Assembly: GCA_010093995.1 (NCBI GenBank)
Contig: ML992512.1
Location: 62,001 to 125,912 of the forward strand
Length of the DNA stretch: 63,912 bases
Direction of reading: 5' to 3'
Source of the DNA: Elsinoe ampelina
Lineage: Eukaryota
Of the stretch, positions 1-11,964 are shown piece by piece. Below the pieces are notes generated by a model. The model was given only the letters and a program-made list of their open reading frames with translations, was not told where the DNA came from and did no database searches. Numbering within the stretch: the stretch's first letter is position 1; the number at the start of each line of letters is the position of its first letter. The position numbers were made by a program, and so were the translations under genes.

Positions 1-873
1 CAGCGGAGTCGTAGAGTCTCCAGCAGGAGGTGCGGCAGATGTGGTTGGGCCAGGAGCTTGCGTGGGACCGGGCTCTTGCGTGGGCCCAGGCTGCTGCGTG
101 GGAGGAGCAGGTTGAGACGGAGTGGTTGGAGCGGCAGGAGTGGTAGGAACATCTATAGCATGCTATGTCAGCTGACGATCTTGATGTGCGCAAAGTCTGA
201 GTGCAAAGGAGTCGAAAATGGCACGTTTAGGACACTAAGCCATATCACAAAACGCTGAAACGATTCGCTGAATTGGGCTGGTCAAATGACTCGCCCGCGC
301 CAGATGAATCAATATCAACATACCCGAATTGGCTGGATCCGTACCGGGGGAAGAGGAGAAGGAAGAGGGGGAGGGATTGGAAGAAATGGTCCCAGGGGAG
401 GTATCGGTCTGACCTGGTGTAGAAATGGCAGGAGAGGAGGGCGAGGAGCCCGAAGAGGGAAGGGACGAGGACGCACCACCGGTCTCACCTTGCGATGAAG
501 ATGGCGGAGCAGCCGTCGTGGAGGGAGGAGGGGGTTCGGCGGTCGTACCTGGGATAGTGGTGGTCGTAGCTTGGTCCGGAGTCGTTGTCGGTGTCGAGTC
601 TACAGAGCTCACGTCGGTACCATTCTGACGCTTGCGCAGCAGAGGTCGTTTCTGCGACTTGCCTGGCAAGATGGGAGTGTCGCTCTGGTCGAGAGCTAGC
701 TGTCCATTCAATAAACGCGCAGGATTGAGCTGATCCAGTATGTATTTCAGGTCTTGGATCCTCTTCGCTTGTGTGTCTGAAACATCTTGACCATCAGATT
801 GTGCCCGTCCAGTTACGCAGATGACGAGTAGTAGGTGAGCTACCAGGAGAAGAAGCGAGCGTGGTGGTAGCAT
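1..873 (-). CDS. Secreted/cell-surface Ser/Thr/Pro-rich (mucin-like) protein, 5' part only; runs off the window start
   Basis: Signal-peptide-like MLPPRSLLLLVAHLLLVICVTGRA and a dibasic RKR site. Intron 323..153 (GTATGT..GCTGAC..TAG) rejoins in frame to DVPTTPAAPTTPSQPAPPTQQPGPTQEPGPTQAPGPTT. Confidence 0.75.
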
Positions 874-3211
874 CGCGAAAGTGGTCGTGACTGGGAGCCG
901 GAAGGCAGGAATGGAAGGTAGTGCTCGCAGGGGCGATCAAATCTATATGTGGTGTACCTGCTGTTCCATGTAAGCCTAATTCCCAATTGCGCATCTGCAG
1001 AACTCAATCTTACCTCTGTGGCCACTGGGTATTTTTCTTTTGCTCTCAGCCGCAACGAAGACGAGGGCGGGACAAACGAACGCACGTTGAGCGCTCAACA
1101 GTCAACGGCCCGTGTCGATCGAATATCTACGAAGTATGTGATCCCGGACAAGACCAGGAGAATGATGCTGATGAACGAGCGACAGAGAAATGGATGGCAG
1201 GATAAAGGATAAGGCGAGCGGGGTGAGATGGAGCGATGGCGCTGGCGAGACGGTCTGGATATTTCTCTCTCCCACACCTCTACACTCTCACGCGTTGGCA
1301 AGAGGCGAACAAGCAGGGCAAATGCATGTCGCTGACTAGCCGCTTCTGCTCTGCTCAAACAAGGCAGTCCCGGAACGCCAATTGCAGATCAACTCAAACT
1401 TTCGACCAATCAGTGCACAAGATGTGATGGAATCTTGCCAGTCGCTGATCACAGTGGAGTGAAGTGGATCTCCTGCCAGAGCCGCAGTCGTCAGGTCTTC
1501 CAGTCCTGGACCTTCTAACGAAAGCCTCTGCCACAAAAACGTCTGTTCTCACGGCTTGACATGGATGCGAACACCTGTTTGCCAGTCGTGTCCTGGAAGC
1601 CATATTGCGACTTGCAAGCGAGATATGCCACTGACGACCGTCTCATTTCTCGACCAGGCTTTGCTGCGGCCATGTACCGTATCTGCCATCACTCGGTGGT
1701 CATGCTGGGTCAGTATCTTCCAGGATGGAGATCCGCAGCGCGACCGGGGATGCAGAATTCCTCCTCGTGTTCGAACGGCATCATCGTCCACCTGTCCAAT
1801 GGAAGCAATGTCGACTCCACTCAATGCAAGCCTCCCGCCTTCGCGAGCTCACATTTTCATGCGGTCCGTGCTATTCTCGAGCATCATCTTTCCACTGTCG
1901 AATGCCGTAGGTGAGACACACTTTATTCCCACAGGGATCGTGTGAGACTCCCCGCAAAGAGATCTGGACGTTGACCACTCGATTTATACAAGGCTGAGAT
2001 CTGGTTCAGAGCTTCATCTGAGACAGGAACTGCTTCACTTTACGATTTTCGGTCCAGGCACCGTTTCAGCTGAGATGATCATGAACCATAGCATCGTTGC
2101 CGCCAAACATGCAAAAAATGCAGGGACTGGTTGGTGAATGACATTCGACTACGAATGCGTGCCGAGTCAGCACAATTGCCCTGTCTACAAGTGTATGATA
2201 CAGCCCTACGTATAGGGCTGCTTCGTTTACAACGACGTCTGTTAGCATTCATCGCCAACTCATGTACACGAAAAACACAACCTCTTGGCTCGCTCTCGGT
2301 CCATCCTGTGCGTGGCTGTCGAAGGCCGACCTCGCAATCGAGCTGGTCGCTGGAGTGCCACTCCAGACAGGCTGTGTCGACCTTTGCAGCGAGCCGTCCT
2401 ATATGCTCTGGCCATCTCCGAAAGATACAGTGTAATACAATTGGAGGCGATCAGCGTGACAGGACCAATGCTGCAAAGTTCATATCTCGCCGAGCCATGG
2501 CGGTCCGAGCTCCGGAGGTCACCGAGGTGGCAACTGTCCTTGTTACACCACCAACATTCGTACATGCACAAGACGGAGGTCATGCGGCATCGTCATCAGA
2601 TACTACCCATGGATTTGCAGGAGATCACCGTGATGGACCGACCAGTCGGACCAGAAGACCCTTCCTCGAGGCGTCGAAGCTTGTCACGCTTGTTTGCATG
2701 AGCTTGACACGCTTGTCTGGAAATCTCGCCCGCACCGCGTCTTGGCACAATCCCGCCTTCCTCGTACGGTTAAGTCGCTTCTCTCAGACCCTCCGCCCTC
2801 CTTCTGGAAGCAGCGACTTTTTTGTCCGGCAATTTTGATAGCGGCGCAAGCTCCTTTAGCCTTTGACAATCTGCTTGCGAGATATGGCGTTCTCGTCTTC
2901 TCATTGCACAACTCTACCACTTGTTTCCGGCCCGCGGTCTGGATCACCCAGAGACGGCCGAAAGGCAATGGAGATGATCGACGCCCCCTGCAGTCGCTTG
3001 GCCTGTAGCTTGACAACTTGGTGGTATTTTCAAGGTGGCCAAAGCCTCTATCTTTCTAATCTGGCAGGAGAGTGCAGATTCTCGTACCCTACATTGCCGA
3101 GAGGCCGGAGGACACTTCGCCATCAACGAATCTTGGGTAATTTGCGTGACTATATGTACTCGTATGATGCCCAGTAGGTCAAAGAAGGTAACGCATTGCA
3201 CAACTTTCGTC

Positions 3212-5828
3212 ATGGTTTCTTTCAAGGCTCTGTCGCTCGTAGCGACTCTGCTCGCACCAGCCGTGCTTGCCGTTGAGGAGCTTGCCCCAAAGGTGCCCGG
3301 CGCATACATTGTCGAGTTCCACGATGACCAGGAACCGGAAGCCTTCATGGCAAAGCTCGGGGCCGCAGGTCAAGCTGTAGAGCCACGTCTGAACCTCAAG
3401 TACGACCTGTTCAAGGGTGTGTCCTTCAAGCTGAAGGATACCGAGGACGAAGAGACTGCCGCACGCAAGATAGAGGCTCTCCCTGAAGTCCGCAAGATCT
3501 GGCCAGTCCGAGCATACCCGGTTCCCCGCGACGAGGTCGTTTGGACAGGAAACGAGCGGACTGCGGCTCCGGCGTCTGGTCTCTATAAGCGTCAAGACGG
3601 CGGAAACGACACCTTCTCTCCTCACATCATGACCCAAGTAGATCAGCTCAGGTCTCGTGGCATCAGGGGTGCTGGTATCAAGGTCGCCGTCATTGACACT
3701 GGTATCGACTACAACCATCCTGCGCTCGGTGGCTGCTTCGGAGAAGGCTGCCTGGTCAGCTTCGGCACTGATCTGGTTGGCAACAACTACGACGGTTTCA
3801 ACACACCTGTCCCAGACCCGGATCCATATGACAACTGCGAAGGTCACGGTACTCACGTTGCCGGTATCATCGCTGCTCAGAACAACCCCTACGGCTTCAC
3901 CGGCGCTGCTCCCGATGTCACAATCGGCGCATACAGAGTCTTTGGCTGCGGAGGCAGCGCAGGAAACGATGTTCTGATTGCTGCATACAACCAGGCTTAC
4001 CAAGATGGTGCTCAAATCATCACCGCATCTATTGGAGGTCCTTCTGGCTGGACTGAGGAACCTTGGGCAGCTGCTGTCTCCCGTATTGTTGAGGCCGGTG
4101 TTCCATGCACTGTCTCTGCCGGAAATGATGGTGCTCAGGGTCAGTTCTATGCCAGCACTGCAGCCAATGGCAAGCGCGTCTCGTCTATCGCCTCAGTTGA
4201 TAACACTCAAGCACCAACTGTTCTCTTAAACGCCACTTTCAGCGTTGGCAACTCGAGCGTTGACTCGTTCGGTTGGACTCAGGGCAACCCGGCTGCTTGG
4301 GGCAACGTTACCCTTCCTCTGTGGTCTGTCAACTACAACACTGCGGACCCAGCAAACGCATGCAACCCACTTCCAGATGATACCCCCGATCTTTCCGGAT
4401 ACGTCGTTCTCGTCCGCCGTGGTACCTGCACTTTCGTCCAGAAGGTGACCAACCTTGCTGCAAAGGGTGCCAAGTACATCATGTTCTACAACAACGCTGA
4501 TGGCGCATCTGCTGTCACTGCTGTCGTCGACGGTGTCCAAGCCGTTGGTATGACTACCGCTGCTCAGGGCGCTGAGTGGATTAGCCTCCTTTCCAGCGGT
4601 AACACCGTCACGCTCAGCATTGTCGATCCCGAGTTCGCCACACAGTATCCTGAGTCTGGCCCCAACACTGGCACACCAGGGTTCTTGTCTACCTTCACAT
4701 CCTGGGGTCCCACCTACGAGGTCGATGTCAAGCAGCAATTCTCTGCTCCTGGTGGTTTGATCCTCTCCACCTATCCTCTCGACCTCGGCGGCTACGCTGT
4801 CCTCTCCGGCACATCTATGGCCTGCCCTTTCGCCGCCGCCGTCTACGCCCTCGTCAGCGAGGTCCGCGGCACGCTCGACCCGGCCACCCTCGAGAACGTC
4901 ATCTCCGCCACCGCCAACCCCCAGCTCTTCAACACCGGTCGCAATGCCACCTTCCCCTACCTCGCCCCTGTTGCCCAACAAGGCGGCGGTCTCATTCAAG
5001 CCTTTGACGCAGCCTACACCACCACTCTCATCGGTGTCTCCTCCCTTTTCCTTCAACGACACCGACAACTTCGCCGATACTCAGAACTTCACCATCTCCA
5101 ATCTCGGCACTGAAGACATCACCTGGGATGTCTCCCACATCCCGGCCGGCACTTTCTACACCCTCGCTGCCGGCAGCACTCGCCCACAAGTCTTCCCCAA
5201 CACCTACGACCCCGCGACCGCCACGCTCGAATTCTCCAGCAAGTCCGTGACAATTCCGGCCGGCGGCTCCGTGCCCCTCACCGTCTTCGCCGACCTCCCT
5301 GCCGGTCTCGACGCGTCCCGCCTCCCCGTCTACAGCGGCTACATCGCCCTCAACAGCACCGACGGCCAATCCCTGTCCGTCCCCTACCTCGGTGTCGTCG
5401 GCAGCCTCACCTCCGCCACCGTTCTCGAGGCAGAGACCACCTACCTCTCCCGCAGCACCGACGCGGATTCCGCGCCTGTCGACGCAGGCACCGAGTTCAT
5501 CCTCCCAGCAGCCAACAGCACAGGCAACGGCACCGTGTCCTACCCGCAGCTCATCATCGACATGGTCCTCGGCACGCCACTGTTGAGCGTCGCCGTGCGA
5601 CCGACTGGTGGCAACGGGACTGCGGCGGCGATCTATGGGTACCCGATTGAGTACCAGCCTAGAGGCGTGCAGACGGCGACGTGGAATGGGTTGTTGGCGG
5701 ATGGAAATGCTGCGGCGGCCGGGGAGTACGAGTTTGTGGTTAGGGCCTTGCATATCTTTGGGGATAGGGAGAGTGCGGAGGCGTATGATGAGAAGGTTAG
5801 TGTGGGGTTTTCGTTGAAGTATGTGTAG
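3212..5828 (+). CDS. Secreted subtilisin-like serine protease (S8, pyrolysin/PA-domain type with C-terminal Fn3-like domain); 1-nt frameshift at ~5046-5049
   Basis: ATG 3212 (MVSFKALSLVATLLAPAVLA signal). Triad motifs VIDTGID, HGTHVAG and SGTSMA; PA domain VLVRRGTCTF. The C-terminal domain (SFNDT...VYSGYI...SVPYLG) lies in ORF 4944..5828 in another frame. Confidence 0.9.
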
Positions 5829-6477
5829 GTTTGTGTAGATAGGGGTTGTAAATTGTTATGAATATTTGCTCAGTCATCATGATTCCGTGACAGTTTTCAT
5901 GTCGTGAAGAACCGTAACAACCTAAGCAGGCGCGACAAAAGATAGGTCGTAAGATTCGTCACGACTCGAATATTGTATCTGGCTGTGAGTTTGCATCAGT
6001 TATTCCGCTGTTGGGGCGATACAGTAGCGCGATGGACACGGGACCGCGGTCTTCCACCAGTCTCGAATACAATCTCATGTTCATCCGTCAAACATTCGAC
6101 ATTTCGCCTCATATCATGACAATTGATGATTCCAGCAGGGTCCTGCAAGACGCGCGAGTACGTTCGGGATCGAGGACAACATCCTTCGCGGACACCGCCA
6201 CGTCACCATTTTCCGCATGCAGACTCGTCACTCGAACAAGGCAAAAATGAGGCGCCTGCGCAAGCGGACCGACCTGCATAACGACCTTTTCACTGGTCGA
6301 GGCAATATCTGGGCAGCGCTTCCGTCTGAACATGCAGAACATGGGCATTTAGCCCCTCGTGCTGCTGGGCAGTGCATCACACGATAACGTCTGCCCGGTA
6401 TCCCAATCCGCCCGACGACTTGTTACTCTGACTTCGAGGCCACTCATCCTCCTTCGCCTGTCCGTATCGAGCCCAAG

Positions 6478-9400
6478 ATGTCCAGTGCAACGCCTCTGCA
6501 CAGCCAATTCACGATTGGCTGGATCTGCGCCCTGCATACTGAGTATACAGCCGCCAAGGTCTATCTGGATCAGACTTACGACGGCAATCATAAGGACCGA
6601 AGAGACAACAACGACTACACATTGGGTCAAATCGGCAACCACAATGTCGTCATCGCTGTATGTCCTGACAGTGAATATGGAATAGCCTCGGCCGCGAATG
6701 TGGCAAGAGACATGGTTCGCAGCTTTCCTAATGTTCGTATGGGCCTACTGGTCGGTGTCGGGGCGGGCATCCCGTCCGAGACAAATGATATACGGCTCGG
6801 TGACGTCGTCGTCAGCTCCAGTGCAGGCCAAACAGGTCCTGTGATTCAGTTTGACATGGGAAAGAGGTTACCAGATGGAACTTTCAAGATCACAAGTCAT
6901 CTTGATAACCCTCCATCACCTCTGCGGGCAGCACTGAATGGACTACGATCTAAGCATGACATCGAAGGCAATTGCATACAAACCATGGTCGATCAGGCCC
7001 TGACCAAGATATTCAAACGTTCAAAGTACTCACGACCACCACAAGAGACGGACAGGCTGTTTAGCAGGAACTCGTTGCATCGCTCCGATCAGTGGGACGA
7101 TTGTTCAGATACCTGTAGCGGTCCAGATACACTTATCGTCCCGCGAAACATCCGTGGCGAGGAGGACGACAACCCTGCGATCCACTATGGCCCTATCGGC
7201 TCCAGCAACACACTTTTGAGGGACGCATCTGAGCGGGATGAGCTCGCCAGAATACATCATATTCTCTGCATCGAGATGGAGGCAGCAGGGCTCATGAATC
7301 ACTGGCCATGTCTGGTCATTAGAGGTATCTGTGACTACGCAGACTCTCACAAGAACAAACGCTGGCAAGGCTACGCAGCAATGACAGCTGCAGCGTATGC
7401 AAAGAGTCTGCTGCTGAGACTACCAGCAGACAAGGTCGAGGAGTTTCAGCCGATTAGTTCATTACTTGAGGTTCGTCGAGAAATGCAGAAGCGCCAAAGG
7501 TACGGATCCTCACTTGTATAGGGCATCGCCACAAACATCACGACCGTGGTCGCTCAGCAGGAGCAGCTGATCGAGCTGAAGAAGGTGCACCACAACGAAG
7601 AACGAATACGAGAACTTACCAAGGAGCAATTGAAGTGCTGGAAGGCTTTCAAGAAGGACAATGACTACCAAGAATTCAAGGATATCAACGACAAACGAAC
7701 CGAAGGTACTGGTCTCTGGGCGTTGGAACACGAGCGCTTCACACACTGGCTGAATGGCGGCGGGGAAAACGTGCTCTGGATCTCGGCTGATCCTGGCTGC
7801 GGAAAGTCAGTCCTTGCGAGGTCTCTGGTCGACGATGACATAAGAGCGCTTTCTCCGCAAACGGAGGTCAAGATATGTCATTTCTTCTTCAAGGACAATG
7901 AACAGCAGAACAAATTAAATACCGCACTGTGTTGCATCCTCCACCAACTATACGACCAGGAGCGAGGACTACTGGAAAAGGCAATGCCAGCTTGGCGAAG
8001 GAGTGGCGTCCAGATGCTCGAGGAGCCCGCCGCACTCTGGAGTATCCTTGAAGATTCATGCTCCGGCGACTCTGAAGTTCCTATTGCCTGTGTTTTCGAC
8101 GCCTTGGATGAGAGCACGCAGATCGCTCAGGCAAAGCTCATGAAGTATCTTGGCGACTTTGTGTCTAAGGTTGCCAGAGGGCACCAGTCTCGCCTGAAAG
8201 TCATACTCACGAGTCGTCCGTACGATGACATTGAGGAGGGTCTCAGCCAGGCCATGCCCGCGGGTATCGCTGAGATTCATCTGCGTGGCGAAGATGAGAA
8301 TGACCAAATACACGAAGAGATAGATCGTGTCATCGATGCGAGGATGGAGACACTCGCGGAAAAATGTCAACTCAAACTTGCTACGGCAGATCGAGTCAAG
8401 GCGACGCTCAAAGCCATGGAGAATCGTACATATCTGTGGCTATTCCTGGTTTTTGACGACATTGAGGCGCAGATCAAGGACGCTCTAGATGCCGATCAAT
8501 GTATAATCGAACCAATTCCAAAGTCGGTATCAGAGGCCTATGAGAAAATTCTCAACAGATCGACGAAAGACCAAAGGTCGAATGCCGTAACCATCCTTAG
8601 TATCATAGTAGGAGCACGACGACCCCTTGATCTACAAGAGATGTCAGTTGCACTAAAGCTCGCTACGGAGACACATGGTCAGACAGTCGAACAGATCCAT
8701 CAGCCATACGATATGCTACTAGTCAAAATTCGACGATGTTGTGGTCTGTTCGTCTTTTGCAAGGATGACAAACTCTACCTTCTACATCAAACCGCGAAGG
8801 ATTTCTTATTTCGGAGCCTCACTTCGTCGGAGACTATATCATCGTGGAAGCTGGAAACACGGACTGTTGAACGCCTTTTAGCGCACATTTGTGTTAGATA
8901 TCTCAACTCGTTTGGTGGGACTGCACCCGGCGACTCTGCACTAGGCGAGACTTCATCCGTTGATACTGGACAGCTTCGGTATCAGAACATTCCGGCGCCC
9001 TTTATCAAGAGCTTCTTCCAGTATGCCGCCAGAAATTGGGCAGAGCATCATCGCAACGCCGGGACGAGCTCGATCGTCACGACTAGGGACCTCTTTCTAT
9101 ACATATACAATGGTGATCATCCGAGCTACCAGGTCTGGGTGACAGAGTATGTCTTCCAGGTTACAACGGAGTTCCACTACCGGTTCGTGCCATCATACTT
9201 CGATCCATTTCACTTGGCGGCTCACTTCGGTGACGACAAAAGCCTTGCAGCAATGCTACTACGAGACCCTGATATTAGGCACGCTACAAATCGCGGGGAT
9301 GGCTCAACGCCTCTGATGAGTGCAGCAGACCTGGGTCATGTGTCTACCACCGAGCTATTACTCAGAGCTGGAGCCGATATTGATGCACGGTGTTCTAGTT

Positions 9401-10782
9401 TCACTACCGCTCTTTTCCGTGCTGCCTCGAAGGGTCACATCAAGATAGTCAGACTGTTGCTCGATCGTGGGGCCGATGCCAGATGGACGTCTGGAGACGA
9501 GGACTTGCCTTTCCACATTGCCGTGGAAACTGGAAACTTGGACGTTGCTCGTCTACTTCTTGAGCGAGCGGGTGATGCAAGCCTCGCGCTGGACACTCCG
9601 CGAAGTCGTCGAAGTCTTTGTTCGGCTGCTGGAGAAGGCGACATGGCAGCAGCACAGCTCCTCCTCGATATACCCATCGACGTCAATGGCACGGACGATA
9701 TCGGGGCTTTGGCTCTTTGTAGCGCTTCGGACAGAGGAAATATGATGATGGTGCAACTTCTGCTCGACTCTGGTGCGCAACTTGATGGCATAAACAGAGA
9801 CAATGTCAATGCCCTCTTTGCCGCAGCGTTAAGTGATCATCTCGATGTGATACAACTACTTTTGGACAGAGGTGCAGATATCGATGCAAAGGCTGGCTGT
9901 GGGGTCAGTGTGCTCGGACTTGCAACGGCCGAATCAAACATGAAACTTGTGTCCTTGCTGCTCATGTACGGCGCCGATGTCAACCTGAAGCTGTCTGATG
10001 GCGTTGTTCCTCTGCAACTTGCTATACGCTGGGGGTCAATGGAAGTGGTACGTCTCTTGATACATCACGGAGCCGACGTCAATGCTCAAGGTGGTGAAGG
10101 TGGTAATTTGCTTCGATGCGCCATCTACCATTTTGAGGACAGTGATGACGACCTGGAGCTGATGCAACTCCTCGTAGACAGAGGCGCTGACATTCATGCA
10201 AAATCGTTCGATGGCGATTCAGCCTTTCACACCGCTATAAAATCAGGATTCACCAGGTTGGTGCGTCTCTTCCTTGATTCAGGGGCCTACCCTGATCCTC
10301 AGGACGAGAATTTCATGACATCTATCTACCATGCCTTGGCTGAGGGACACGTCGAGATAGCGCAGCTTCTATTCGACAGAGGGTTTCAGGTAGATGCGCG
10401 GAGCGTCGAGTACGGCATCGCTCTCAACACTGCAGTATCTCAAGGTCGAGTATCCATTGTCAAGCACCTTCTGGATGCCGGAGCTAAGGATGGTGTCAAT
10501 TGTCACATACCTAGCAGCACCTTGTGGTTCGCAGCTTGGCGAGGCGATGAAGTCATTGTGCAGCAACTGCTAGACAGAGGGGTCAATGTCAACGCAAAAT
10601 ACTACCCTTATGGAACCGCTCTTGATGGTGCAATTCTGGGAAATCGTCCTGAGATTGTGAATCTGTTGCTGGATGCTGGAGCCGAAGGTCAAGCTAGGGG
10701 CTCGAGCGCAGTAGCATCCTCTACAAAGCCATCAAGCAGGAGACGTCGGCATCGTGAAGCTCATGCTCGACAGAGGTACTGA
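6478..10782 (+). CDS. Fungal NLR-like STAND protein: PNP_UDP_1 (nucleoside phosphorylase) effector - NACHT - ankyrin repeats
   Basis: PNP motifs IGWICAL..E, DIRLGDVVVS, EMEAAGL and IRGICDYADSHKNK.W. Phase-0 intron 7471..7521 (GTTCGT..CTCAC..TAG) fuses the two ORFs in frame. P-loop ADPGCGKS, Walker B CVFDALDE, HQTAKDFL, and roughly 14-15 ankyrin repeats (..LL..GAD). Confidence 0.92.
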
Positions 10783-11062
10783 GACCATGGGCGAGATCGG
10801 CTCGAAAGGCAATGCTCTTGATGCTGCACTCTCAATCCACCATGTTGAGATTGCCAACCTTCTGCTGGATGCTGGCAGTATCCCACCTCGTCATCCGCTT
10901 TGCCCGCAATGGACACATATCCTTCAGCGCAGCAGGGTCGAGCTTGTACCAAGGGATTACGTACACAAACCCTTGCCATGGCTCCCTCCACACCCGAAAG
11001 CTAACAACAGCTCTTATGCTGCAAGTCAGCGCTACAGCCAACAGCAGGACTATTGCCACTAG
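10697..11062 (+). pseudogene. Out-of-frame continuation of the NLR ankyrin array (about 2 more repeats)
   Basis: Frames hop from ..GQARG to (G)LERSSILYKAIK to AGDVGIVKLMLDRG..KGNALDAALSIHHVEIANLLLDAG, which fits the ankyrin consensus if two single-base losses are corrected. Confidence 0.65.
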
Positions 11063-11964
11063 CTGTTTGATTAGCGCGGGATGGACTTGCTACGCCTATG
11101 TACCAAATCGCGTGTCCCGGAAGCATCAAAAACTCTTGCTCTGATCCATTCGCCATCAGACCACAGCCATTCCACAGCGTCACTCCTCCACCCTGTCTGA
11201 GGACAGCCTCGCGGACCAAGTTTAGCGGCCAGAAAATAGGATCATTCTTCCGCCCAGTCGACAGCGTCTGGTAGATAAACGCCTTTTGATCACCCACGAT
11301 GCTCATGGAGAGGCCCCGACAATGTCTAGGAGGACCACCATTGCTTCGAGCTTGAGCCATGGCAAATCTGCTGGCAAGGTACCCGTTGAGTCGCCCGGCA
11401 TCTCGAAAGGAATCGCTGCTTCTTTTTGCCATCGTCCAACCAACCCTATGGACGCTCGCGAGCAACGGTAAGGAGTCAAAGTGGAGGCTGCCCGACGCAA
11501 AGCGAAAGTCAAGTATCGATGAACATGCCGAGACGTAGCAGCCACAGTACTTACCCTAATCCCAGACGAGTCCTCGTGCCTTGTATGTAAAGAAACCCAT
11601 CGCCAGACGAGGAATGGTGAAAACCCCCGAAACTACCGTGGTTCGGGCAAATGGGTCGTGCAGGTCGACCGTGAGTGAACGTCATGCAGTGATATACCAT
11701 GTACAGCAGATCCAAGAATACAGCCTAAGTGCACAGTAATGAAGGGTATCACGTTGCATTAAAACCTTTTACCTCCCGATCAGGATCCGCTCACTCGATC
11801 TCATCCAAACAGATCCCACTCCAATGCTAATAAACCCGCTCATCGCTCGCTGGAGAGGAATCGAAGATAAAATGCCCCCATGGGCCTCGGCCAGGCCATA
11901 CCACGCAATGCAACCTTTGCAAGAACTGTACACCCTTTCCCTTTCCCCGCCACTCTGCTGATCT

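Noticed and set aside
1990..2080. Possible TPP riboswitch (GCTGAGA motifs)
   Set aside because: The downstream GAACUUGAU/GGAUAAU/CCAGCG core is missing and there is no thiamine-related gene.
2131..2838. 235-aa ORF upstream of the subtilase
   Set aside because: GTG start, no recognisable motif and no codon bias; probably promoter or intergenic sequence.
5041..5052. Programmed +1 ribosomal frameshift at CUU UUC C
   Set aside because: No stimulatory element seen and no precedent known to me in this family; a homopolymer indel is simpler.
3179..5753. Long antisense ORFs over the subtilase (likewise over RPL22, GH28-like, RIB3 and the PAN protein)
   Set aside because: Shadow ORFs expected from strong C/G-ending codon bias on the coding strand.
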